DNA of 64,000 nucleotides from a bacterium (GTDB taxonomy: Bacteria > Margulisbacteria > WOR-1 > O2-12-FULL-45-9 > XYB2-FULL-48-7): positions 47,055-111,054 of the forward strand of contig JBDRLW010000030.1 in assembly GCA_043812655.1 (NCBI GenBank), in the 5' to 3' direction. This document shows, one piece after another, positions 56,117-64,000 of this stretch. The translations under genes and the position numbers were made by a program. The notes under the pieces were generated by a model that was given only the letters and a program-made list of their open reading frames with translations, had not been told where the DNA came from and ran no database searches. The first letter of the stretch is position 1. Each line of letters opens with the position of its first letter.

Positions 56117-56971
56117 ATGAATAATATTAATGCCGTAACGGATTTTATTGTTAAATTAGCCTTAGCCGAAGATATCGGGTCGGGAGATATTACAACGCGA
56201 GCGATCATTCCACGAGAGGCCGAAGCCAAAGCGGTGATCATAGCTAAAGAAGACGGGATCATTGCCGGACTGCACGTTATGGAAGCCGTTTTTCGCCACG
56301 TTGACCGGCGGATCAAAGTTAAAGCCAAAAGAGAAGACGGCTCGGCCGTCAAGAAAGGGAAGATTGTTGCGGTTCTTTCCGGTCCAGCCGCAGGCATAAT
56401 TACAGGAGAGAGAGTTGCCTTAAACTTTTTACAGCATCTTTCTGGGGTAGCGACGCTGACGGGCAAATTCAAGACAAAAACTTCAAAATTCAAAAAGAAA
56501 GCGAAGGTCATCGATACCAGAAAAACCACCCCGGGTTTGCGGCTGCTCGAAAAATACGCGGTTAAATTGGGCGGTGGAGAAAACCACCGGCTTGGCCTTT
56601 ACGACGCGATCTTAATTAAAGATAACCATATTAAAAGCGCAGGCGGCATTGGCAAGGCTGTTGCCAAGGTTAAAGGCGCAGGGAATAGCGGGATAGGGGG
56701 TAGGGGAATAGAAGTTGAAGCCAAGACTATTGCTGAAGTTAAAGACGCAATAAAGGCAAAGGCTGACAGGATATTGCTTGACAACATGAAAATAAAAACG
56801 CTGAAAGAAGCGGTGAAGCTCTGTAAAAAGGTTGGAGTAAAAACTGAAGCCTCCGGCGGTATTAATTTAAAAAACATTTCCGCTGTTGCCAAAACCGGCG
56901 TCGATTATATCTCGATCGGGGCGCTAACCCACTCCGCCCCGGCGCTCGATATAAGTTTGAAGATACTCTAA
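56117..56971 (+). CDS. nadC: Nicotinate-nucleotide diphosphorylase
   Basis: DTRKTTPG, HRLGL.D..LIKDNH, EASGG, GALTHSA. Confidence 0.96.
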   Translation: MNNINAVTDFIVKLALAEDIGSGDITTRAIIPREAEAKAVIIAKEDGIIAGLHVMEAVFRHVDRRIKVKAKREDGSAVKKGKIVAVLSGPAAGIITGERVALNFLQHLSGVATLTGKFKTKTSKFKKKAKVIDTRKTTPGLRLLEKYAVKLGGGENHRLGLYDAILIKDNHIKSAGGIGKAVAKVKGAGNSGIGGRGIEVEAKTIAEVKDAIKAKADRILLDNMKIKTLKEAVKLCKKVGVKTEASGGINLKNISAVAKTGVDYISIGALTHSAPALDISLKIL

Positions 56972-57004
56972 CACTTAAATTTCTGCTATAATGCGTTTTC
57001 CCTG

Positions 57005-59101
57005 ATGACACAGAAATACATTTTAAAAACACATTTTGGTGGCGAAGAAAACTTCCACATCAATTACAAAGAGGACCTAACTCCCGAGCAATTGCCGATC
57101 GTAACTTCAACCGGCGGGCCGACCTTGGTCATTGCCGGGGCCGGTTCCGGCAAAACCAGGACGGTTACTTACCGCGTCGCCTATCTGGTTGAATCAGGGA
57201 TCCCGCTCGACCGGATTCTTTTGGTCACCTTTACCAATAAAGCGGCCAAAGAGATGACTTCGCGGGTGGAGCTCTTGCTTAAGCGAGACGTTAAAGGACT
57301 GTGGGGCGGGACTTTCCACCATATTGGCAACCTGATCTTGCGCCGCAACGCCAAGCAGATCGGCTACGACCCAAATTTTACAATTCTTGACCGATCCGAT
57401 GCCAAAGAATTGATCGATGCTTGCGTTGGCGAAGCGATGATCGACATCAAGGCGCGGCGCTTTCCAAAAGGGGACGCGCTGCAAGACATTTTTAGCCTGG
57501 CCTTAAATACCAACCGTTCCATTGTTGATGCCATTGCTTACAACTATCCACAATTTGAACAACAAACGGCCGAGATCGAAGGGGTCGGCAAGCTTTACAC
57601 CGCCCGGAAAAAGAAAAACAATTTAATGGACTTTGACGACCTACTATATTATTGGTGGAAAGTTTTGGCGGAAAATAAAGAGATCGCGGAGAAGTACGCG
57701 AGTAAATTCCTCCACATTTTAGTTGATGAGTATCAGGACACCAATTCGCTCCAGGCCAAAGTGGTCGATATTATGGCGAAAGCGCACCGGAATTTAATGG
57801 TGGTGGGGGACGACAGCCAATCGATCTACAGCTTCCGCGGCGCCCACTTTAAAAACATCATGAATTTTCCCAAAGTTTATCCGGATGCCAAGATCTTTAA
57901 ATTGGAAACCAACCATCGGTCAACGCCCGAGATCTTGGCGATCGCCAACACGTCGATCGTTTTGGCCAAGGAAAAATTTGACAAGAATTTAAAAGCGAAC
58001 CGGCCAAGCGGAGACAAGCCGGTGGTCGCGCCGCTCACCACCGTCCACGAACAAGCCGCTTTTGTCGCCCAAAGAATGCTGGAGTTGCGGGAAGAAGGGC
58101 ATTCCTTAAATGACATGGCGGTCCTTTATCGTTCCCACTACCAATCAATGGAAGTCCAGATGGAGCTGACGAAACGGGGCATCCCGTTTGAGATCCGCTC
58201 CGGCCTCCGCTTTTTTGAAGAAGCCCACATTAAAGATGTGTTGGCTTACCTAAAAGTTTTCCAGAATCCCAAAGACGAAATTTCCTGGACCAGAATCCTA
58301 AAGCTTTTGCCCAAGATCGGGCCGAAGACGGCCGAGAAAATATTCCAGTATTTAGTCGCAGCCAAAGATCCGATCCTCGCGGTCCTTGAGGAATCCGCCA
58401 GGGCGCTGGTCCCCAGTTTAGGCGAGCGGCATTTCCGGGCGTTCCAATCGGTGATGGCGGAATTAAAAGATAAAGTTGGCAGTCCGTCCGAAATGATCAA
58501 GATCATCAGTGAGTCAAGCTACGCCGAACATTTAAAAACCGCTTATCCCAATTACCGGGAAAGATTGGAAGACTTGGCCCAACTCGGCAGTTACTCGACC
58601 CAATATAAATCGCTGGAAGAACTACTTAGCCAGCTGGCGTTGGCTTCGGGGATCGAATCGGAGACCATTGCCGGCGCCGGCGAAAAAGAAAAAGAGGTTT
58701 GCGTCTTGTCGACCGTCCATCAGGCCAAAGGGCTGGAATGGAAGATCGTGTTCCTGGTTTGGCTGGCCGACGGCCGCTTCCCGTCATATTTAAGTTTTAA
58801 TAAAGACGATGAGATGGAAGAAGAGCGCCGGCTTTTTTACGTGGCGGTCACCAGAGCCAAGGATGAACTTTATATGACCTATCCCTTGATCTATTCCGGC
58901 TACGAAGGCGAAGTCTTAATGAAGCAATCAAGGTTCCTGGAAGAACTGCCGTCGTGGACGTTTGATAAATGGGAAGTTGAGCCTCAAGTCGGGTACAACC
59001 GGGAAGAGGACGAGGTCGTGGACTTAAGCCAATTTAGAGAAGTTAAGGTCCGAAGTAAAGACGACTTTGAAGCGATCGACATTGCCGATTTGTTTAAATA
59101 A
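57005..59101 (+). CDS. UvrD/PcrA family helicase
   Basis: AGAGSGKT, TFTNKAA, VDEYQD, GDDSQSIY.FRG, STVHQAKGLE, YVAVTRA. Confidence 0.93.
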   Translation: MTQKYILKTHFGGEENFHINYKEDLTPEQLPIVTSTGGPTLVIAGAGSGKTRTVTYRVAYLVESGIPLDRILLVTFTNKAAKEMTSRVELLLKRDVKGLWGGTFHHIGNLILRRNAKQIGYDPNFTILDRSDAKELIDACVGEAMIDIKARRFPKGDALQDIFSLALNTNRSIVDAIAYNYPQFEQQTAEIEGVGKLYTARKKKNNLMDFDDLLYYWWKVLAENKEIAEKYASKFLHILVDEYQDTNSLQAKVVDIMAKAHRNLMVVGDDSQSIYSFRGAHFKNIMNFPKVYPDAKIFKLETNHRSTPEILAIANTSIVLAKEKFDKNLKANRPSGDKPVVAPLTTVHEQAAFVAQRMLELREEGHSLNDMAVLYRSHYQSMEVQMELTKRGIPFEIRSGLRFFEEAHIKDVLAYLKVFQNPKDEISWTRILKLLPKIGPKTAEKIFQYLVAAKDPILAVLEESARALVPSLGERHFRAFQSVMAELKDKVGSPSEMIKIISESSYAEHLKTAYPNYRERLEDLAQLGSYSTQYKSLEELLSQLALASGIESETIAGAGEKEKEVCVLSTVHQAKGLEWKIVFLVWLADGRFPSYLSFNKDDEMEEERRLFYVAVTRAKDELYMTYPLIYSGYEGEVLMKQSRFLEELPSWTFDKWEVEPQVGYNREEDEVVDLSQFREVKVRSKDDFEAIDIADLFK

Positions 59102-59743
59102 ATGGAACTTCTGCATAGCGACGAATTTAAGAAACTAGAAACGGAATATCCTTTTTTACGGCGGGCGAGGGAGCAGGTTTTTGGGCTCAAGGCCTTGAGC
59201 TACGTTGTAGTGGACATTGAAACGACCGGGCTGGAACCTGGCGACAGCGAGATCACCGAGATCGCCGCGTTTCGGATCGAAAAAGGTGAAATTACCGACG
59301 TTTATAGTTCCTTGATTAAGGTTGACAAGCCACTGCCGGAGATGATTATTAAGTTAACCGGCATTACGGATGAGATCCTGGCGGAAGAAGGGAAAGAAAA
59401 AGCTAACGTTTTGCGGGCGTTCTATGATTTTGTTAAAGAGACCCCGCTAATCGCCCACAATTCTGACTTTGATATTCCTTTTATTAACCACCACCTCAAA
59501 AAAACCTGGAAGATAGAATTAAAAAACCCATTGATCTGTACGCTAAAGCTATCACGCAAACTTTTATCAGGACTGCCGTCGCACAAATTAGGCAATGTCG
59601 CCGCTCATTTCAAAATTCCCACGCCATTAACCCACCGGGCGCCAGGAGATGTCGAAATAACATATCAGCTTTGGTTGAAGCTAATTGAGATCCTCGAGAA
59701 AAAAGGGGTTACAACGCTCGAGACCCTGCTAAAGTTTATATAG
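59102..59743 (+). CDS. DEDDh 3'-5' exonuclease (DnaQ/PolC-exo-like)
   Basis: VVDIETTGL, AHNSDFD, HRAPGD. Confidence 0.9.
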   Translation: MELLHSDEFKKLETEYPFLRRAREQVFGLKALSYVVVDIETTGLEPGDSEITEIAAFRIEKGEITDVYSSLIKVDKPLPEMIIKLTGITDEILAEEGKEKANVLRAFYDFVKETPLIAHNSDFDIPFINHHLKKTWKIELKNPLICTLKLSRKLLSGLPSHKLGNVAAHFKIPTPLTHRAPGDVEITYQLWLKLIEILEKKGVTTLETLLKFI

Positions 59744-59852
59744 CCCCACGGGGAATGCCTCGACCCTTCGACTCACTTCGTTCGCTCAGGGCTCGGCATA
59801 AATCCGTGCTACTTATACTGAGCGAGGCAACGAAGTTGCCGAGTCGAAGTAT
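59739..59852. repeat. Duplicated tRNA-Glu 3' end with nested palindromic hairpins
   Basis: 18-bp direct repeat TATAGCCCCACGGGGAAT at 59739 and 59850 enclosing CTTCGAC..GCTCAG hairpins. Confidence 0.8.
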
Positions 59853-59923
59853 AGCCCCACGGGGAATCGAACCCCGGTTCTCAGCTTGAAAAGCTGGTGT
59901 CCTAACCCCTAGACGATGGGGCC
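59852..59923 (-). tRNA. tRNA-Glu(TTC)
   Basis: Reverse complement GGCCCCATCGTCTAGGGGTTAGGACACCAGC-TTTTCAA-GCTGAGAACCGGGGTTCGATTCCCCGTGGGGCTA. Confidence 0.94.
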
Positions 59924-59976
59924 ATAAGTATAAGACTTAATTCATTATAATTTATTCCGACGAGATTTTCAAGAAA

Positions 59977-61029
59977 TTAAAAACTGTACCTTATTCTAAC
60001 CAAACCAAATTTGCTGTTGCCGTAGCCGGTTGGGTCTTGGGCGGGTGGGGGGCAATATTCGGAGCCTGCGGGGCCGCTTAAGAGGGCAGCTTCGAGATAT
60101 ACGTCAACATTTTGCGACAGGTTGCGGGCATATGACGGGTAAAAAAGGAAGCCGGTGTCATTTAAATTAATAAGGACGGAGCCGCTGATCCGGGTGATCT
60201 CATCCAGGGACCGGCTGACGCCTAAATATAAATAATCCCGGCCGCGGACAGTGCTGGTCCAATCATAATTGCTTTTATTGTTCTTCCCCAAACCGTTGAA
60301 ATAATATTCAGAATTTATATAAGTGCCGTTCTCAAAAGTGTAATCGGCGCCCAGCATGGTTTGAAGGTAGGCAGGGCCTCCGGCCGGGGAACGATAGGCG
60401 GTTTCCTGGCGCACGCCAAGACCAAATAATTCTCCGGCAGAATCAAAGCCGACCAAAGATGACCCGCTCCCCAGGTCGATAAAACTGCCGGAATAATCGA
60501 ACCGGCCAATGTTGTTCTTAACACGGATTCCTTTAACCGAGTTGCTCCATTCTTTGCCGGACTGGACATAAGCGTCGATCCCGGAGGCGAGGCCGAGCGG
60601 GATTTCCAGCCTGACCGCTTCGACATTGGTCTCATCCTCTTCCCGCACCGAAAAGGCCATCACAAAAGGATTAAAAATGTCGGTCGGGTTCCAGATATAA
60701 CCGGTCCCCCAGGCGATCCGCTGTTTGCCGATCGTAAAATTGGAGAATTTAAAATAAGCCTTGTCCCACACCAGCCGGTCAAGATCGCTTGTCCCGGCTA
60801 GCGACATGCTTTGGGTCGCGGGGAAATAATAATAGCGCGGTTCAAAATAAAAAGAACCTGCTTTGATCTTCAAGCGCAGACGGTTAATGTTGCCGGCCTC
60901 GGCCGTGAGATGGCGGTTGAAGCCGACAACCGCGTCATTTTCGTAATAACCGCCGATCTCTAGCGCCAGCGACGGCAGAACTAACCAACTAACCAACCAA
61001 CCAACTAATAATAAATGTCTAAATTTCAC
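59977..61029 (-). CDS. Probable outer-membrane beta-barrel protein
   Basis: Signal peptide from GTG 61029; GKQRIAWG..WNPTD; C-terminal RYSF. Confidence 0.7.
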   Translation of the reverse strand: MKFRHLLLVGWLVSWLVLPSLALEIGGYYENDAVVGFNRHLTAEAGNINRLRLKIKAGSFYFEPRYYYFPATQSMSLAGTSDLDRLVWDKAYFKFSNFTIGKQRIAWGTGYIWNPTDIFNPFVMAFSVREEDETNVEAVRLEIPLGLASGIDAYVQSGKEWSNSVKGIRVKNNIGRFDYSGSFIDLGSGSSLVGFDSAGELFGLGVRQETAYRSPAGGPAYLQTMLGADYTFENGTYINSEYYFNGLGKNNKSNYDWTSTVRGRDYLYLGVSRSLDEITRISGSVLINLNDTGFLFYPSYARNLSQNVDVYLEAALLSGPAGSEYCPPPAQDPTGYGNSKFGLVRIRYSF

Positions 61030-62242
61030 GCAGTGCCTCGGTCGGTTCCATCTGGGCCGCGCGCAGCGCCGGCGGGATCGCCGCCGCGAACGAAAATAAG
61101 ATCCCCATGCCAAAACCAAAAAAGATCGTTCCCCAGCTGAAGAGGGCGCGGTAAACATAAGAGATGGGGAAATTTAGCGCCCCCATCTGTTCAAAGGTCG
61201 AAGTAAAATCAATGCCCACGACCGCCAGGTAGTAGGCGACCCCCGCTCCCCAGAGCGCACCGATAAAACTAGCCAGGGTCCCGATCATCAGGGCTTCAAG
61301 CAAGACCACTCCCATAACTTGGCGGTCCTTCATGCCGAGAGCCTTCATCATGCCGATCTCGTGGGTCCGTTCCAAGACCGACATGAACATGGTGTTGAGG
61401 ATGGTAAAACTGGCGAGAAATAAGACCAGGAAATAAAGTCCGGCATAAACATTCCTGGCGATAACCATATAGAAATAAAGGATTTCCTGGTCCTGCCAGG
61501 CTTTGGTCGTATATTGGCCTGGCAGCCTGGACTGGATCTCTTTGGCAATTGCTGACGCGTTATTCTTGTCCTTAACAAAAACAAATATTTCGGTCACCGT
61601 GTCATTTAGGTCGAGCAGCTGCTGCGCCTTGTCCAAAGGAAGAAAGAAAGTCGAGCTGTCAACGCTTTGCACTCCATAGCTGAAGATCCCAACTATTTTT
61701 AAGTTCATCGCCGAGAGCGAACCGTAAGCCGTTTGGGTCACCACGGTCAAAGTATCGCCGAGTTTTAGCCCCAGGTCGCGGGCAAGGTTAAGGCCGATAT
61801 TCATCTCTTCCTGGCCGAGCTTGATCGTTCTCCCTTCGACTATCTTCTGGTCCAGGTGGGAGGTCTGGCTTTCGAGCGCGGGAACGACCCCGGTCCCAAA
61901 GACCGGTTTATTTTTCCCTTTGTTCTCCAGCAACACGCCAAACTTGATCCGGCCGACGGTAAGGGTGACATTGGGATTGGCTGACGCGACCTTTTCCACG
62001 GCAGAATAATTTTTAATGTTGGCTTCCAGGGGGAGCAGTCTTTCGCGTCTGACATAATCCGAATTAAGAATGCGGACATGGCCGTAGTTCAAGCGGATCA
62101 TGTTATCGAACAGGTCATCCATAATACCGGAGATCAAGGACCAAAGGTAGACCGCGATCATGACCGCGACCGCGATCGACAGCCCGGTCAGGATCGACCG
62201 GCGCTTATTGCGGAAGATATTACGTAAAGCGATCTTAAACAT
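61019..62242 (-). CDS. ABC transporter permease (LolE/FtsX-like)
   Basis: ALRNIFRNKRRS, ERTHEIGMMKALGM, P.EALR. Confidence 0.9.
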   Translation of the reverse strand: MFKIALRNIFRNKRRSILTGLSIAVAVMIAVYLWSLISGIMDDLFDNMIRLNYGHVRILNSDYVRRERLLPLEANIKNYSAVEKVASANPNVTLTVGRIKFGVLLENKGKNKPVFGTGVVPALESQTSHLDQKIVEGRTIKLGQEEMNIGLNLARDLGLKLGDTLTVVTQTAYGSLSAMNLKIVGIFSYGVQSVDSSTFFLPLDKAQQLLDLNDTVTEIFVFVKDKNNASAIAKEIQSRLPGQYTTKAWQDQEILYFYMVIARNVYAGLYFLVLFLASFTILNTMFMSVLERTHEIGMMKALGMKDRQVMGVVLLEALMIGTLASFIGALWGAGVAYYLAVVGIDFTSTFEQMGALNFPISYVYRALFSWGTIFFGFGMGILFSFAAAIPPALRAAQMEPTEALREI

Positions 62243-62247
62243 AAATT

Positions 62248-62379
62248 ACAGCCCTCACCCCCTGTTGACGCTTAAGCTTCCCTCCCCCTCTCCCAGAGGG
62301 CGAGGGGCAATTTTTCCCACCCCCTCTCCCCTTGGGAGAGGGGGGCGCAAGCCTTAGCGAGTCTAGGGGTGAGGGCTGT
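62248..62379. repeat. REP/MITE-like GC-rich palindromic element
   Basis: 14-bp terminal IR ACAGCCCTCACCCC/GGGGTGAGGGCTGT with two inner CCCTCTCCC..GGGAGAGGG-type hairpins. Confidence 0.8.
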
Positions 62380-62390
62380 TTCCTCTCCTC

Positions 62391-63617
62391 TTAAACACGT
62401 TTCAGCGCCTCCGTCGGTTCTAAGCGGCTTGCTACCCTGGCCGGATAAATACTGGTCAGGGCGGAGATCACGATCCCGGCGACAAAAGCGGTCACGATCA
62501 TATTAATGTTCCAGATGCCGTGCGAAACACCGGTTACGCGGTAGCCAATGTCTCCCACGTCCCTCATTATGAAACCCCAGTTGATCCCGTACTTAACAAA
62601 AGGGATATTTATCAGGATGCCGAGCAGGCAGCCCATAATGCTTCCTAAAAACCCGATCATCGCTCCTTCTAAAACGAACAAGCGGATGATCTGCCCGCGC
62701 CTCATTCCCATCGCTGCCATCATGCCGATCTCCCGGGTCCGTTCAAACGCCGCCAGCAAAATGGTGTTGCTGATGCCGATCAACGCGATTATAAAAACGC
62801 TGAACAAAACAAAAGAGGTGCCGCCCCGTTTGGCTTGCGCGATAGCGACGACATCCGCGGCCAGTTCCTGCCAGGTGGCAACTTCCAGGCCGGGGAGTTC
62901 TTTGGCCAGTTTGTCCCGAAATTCCTTGATCATCGCCGGGTCTTTAAGTTTAATATCGATCTCGGTAACGCTCTTGCCCATGTCTAGTGAATCCTGCCCC
63001 AAACCCAACGGGATCACCACCGCGGCATAGTCGATCTTGGGATCTTCGGTCTTGAGGATCCCTTTAATGCGCAGGTCGATGGCCTGGTAAGTATCATATT
63101 TAGTCCGTGTCAAAATGGTCATGTAATCCCCTACGTCCACCTTAAAATCCTCGGCCAATCCCTCGCCGATAAGCATGGCTTCTTCGGTGCCGGTTAAAAA
63201 TTCACCTTTGGCCACGGCCTGCTTGAGCAGGAAAACCGCTTGGTCATCAGCCGGATTGACCGCGATCCCAACCGCCGGGTATTGGTCCACTCCGTCGGAG
63301 AGCATGATCCGGAAATTAATGCGGGATGTCACCCCCGCGACTTCGGGGGCAAGGCCGACTTTTCCAATGAGCGGTGCCGGGTCGGCGATCGCCTTGTCCA
63401 GGGGGAAATTTTCTTCGTCCGCGCGATAACCCCGGTCAAAGATCTTGATGTGGCCGGTCTCATAATTGATGATCTTGTTAAATGATTCCTGGTCGATCCC
63501 GGTCAGCATCGAATCGATAATGATAAGCATGGCCAGGCCCAGGGCGATGGACAGGAAAGTCAAGAATGTCCGCCGGAAGTTGCGGAAAATATTGCGCCAA
63601 GCCAGACGAATGATCAT
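62391..63617 (-). CDS. ABC transporter permease (LolE/FtsX-like)
   Basis: AWRNIFRNFRRT, ERTREIGMMAAMGM, P.EALK. Confidence 0.9.
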   Translation of the reverse strand: MIIRLAWRNIFRNFRRTFLTFLSIALGLAMLIIIDSMLTGIDQESFNKIINYETGHIKIFDRGYRADEENFPLDKAIADPAPLIGKVGLAPEVAGVTSRINFRIMLSDGVDQYPAVGIAVNPADDQAVFLLKQAVAKGEFLTGTEEAMLIGEGLAEDFKVDVGDYMTILTRTKYDTYQAIDLRIKGILKTEDPKIDYAAVVIPLGLGQDSLDMGKSVTEIDIKLKDPAMIKEFRDKLAKELPGLEVATWQELAADVVAIAQAKRGGTSFVLFSVFIIALIGISNTILLAAFERTREIGMMAAMGMRRGQIIRLFVLEGAMIGFLGSIMGCLLGILINIPFVKYGINWGFIMRDVGDIGYRVTGVSHGIWNINMIVTAFVAGIVISALTSIYPARVASRLEPTEALKRV

Positions 63618-64000
63618 TTAGTTAAAACCGCCTGGGAAAAATATTTTGGGTCGACCGCCAGGTCGAACTGGATCTTCGTAATGAACAATTCAGTGAAAGA
63701 GTTTTTCCGTAGCAGGTTAGTTATAGTACTGTACAGCGGGTAGTATCTTTTATTAAAACGCTTGATGTCGCCAGTGGCCATCACTTTTAGTTTTTTCCCG
63801 GATTTAGCGAACAATTCTTCTTTGAGCGGCACCAGCCACTCCTTATCGACCCAGACCACTCGCCGATAATAAGTGACTTCCTTGACCTTGGCGGTAAGGT
63901 CGACCACGTAACAGCGCCGGGGTTTTTCGTAAGGGACGCTGATCACTTCTTCGGTGACCAGCGCGGCAGAATATTTTTCGAGCAGCTTGGCGCTCTCGAG
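63614..64000 (-). CDS. Outer-membrane lipoprotein-sorting (LolA-like) protein, 3' part
   Basis: YYRRVVWVDK...EELFAKSGKKLK; open to the window end; upstream of the permeases. Confidence 0.7.
   Translation of the reverse strand, partial: LESAKLLEKYSAALVTEEVISVPYEKPRRCYVVDLTAKVKEVTYYRRVVWVDKEWLVPLKEELFAKSGKKLKVMATGDIKRFNKRYYPLYSTITNLLRKNSFTELFITKIQFDLAVDPKYFSQAVLTK

Noticed and set aside
61030..61158. Arg-rich N-terminus (possible Tat signal) of the 59977 ORF
   Set aside because: Out-of-frame overlap with the permease 3' end; GTG 61029 gives a normal signal peptide

Overview
Bacterial chromosomal window spanning the replication origin. The core is folD-mnmE-jag-yidC-yidD-rnpA-rpmH | dnaA-[oriC]-dnaN-dciA-gyrB-gyrA, with four parS palindromes and extra DnaA boxes. 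It is flanked by housekeeping genes for fatty-acid and lipid A synthesis (acpP end, FabK/FabX-like, fabF, lpxC, fused fabZ-lpxA, lpxB, lpxD, skp, candidate gnnA/gnnB), tuf, three tRNAs (Tyr, Thr, Glu), partial glycine cleavage genes, pyrH-frr-uppS-cdsA, nadC, a UvrD helicase and an ABC permease cluster. The organism is diderm (lipid A genes); a Margulisbacteria/Saganbacteria-like lineage is my impression, not a verified result. Unusual structure: (1) partial tRNA duplicates carrying palindromes in their loops, one enclosing a GIY-YIG nuclease gene; (2) a family of covarying stem-YTCGAC-loop-GCTCR-stem hairpins and 7-9-mer tandem repeats, several inserted in frame in conserved proteins (LpxB, MnmG, UppS, NadC) and signal peptides; (3) a sigma28-like promoter motif before four to five orphan genes, including a zincin/pseudo-zincin paralog pair; (4) a large protein with SprA-like repeats converging on a protease with a T9SS-CTD-like tail; (5) many leaderless-type promoters. 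All calls come from reading the sequence; no searches were run.
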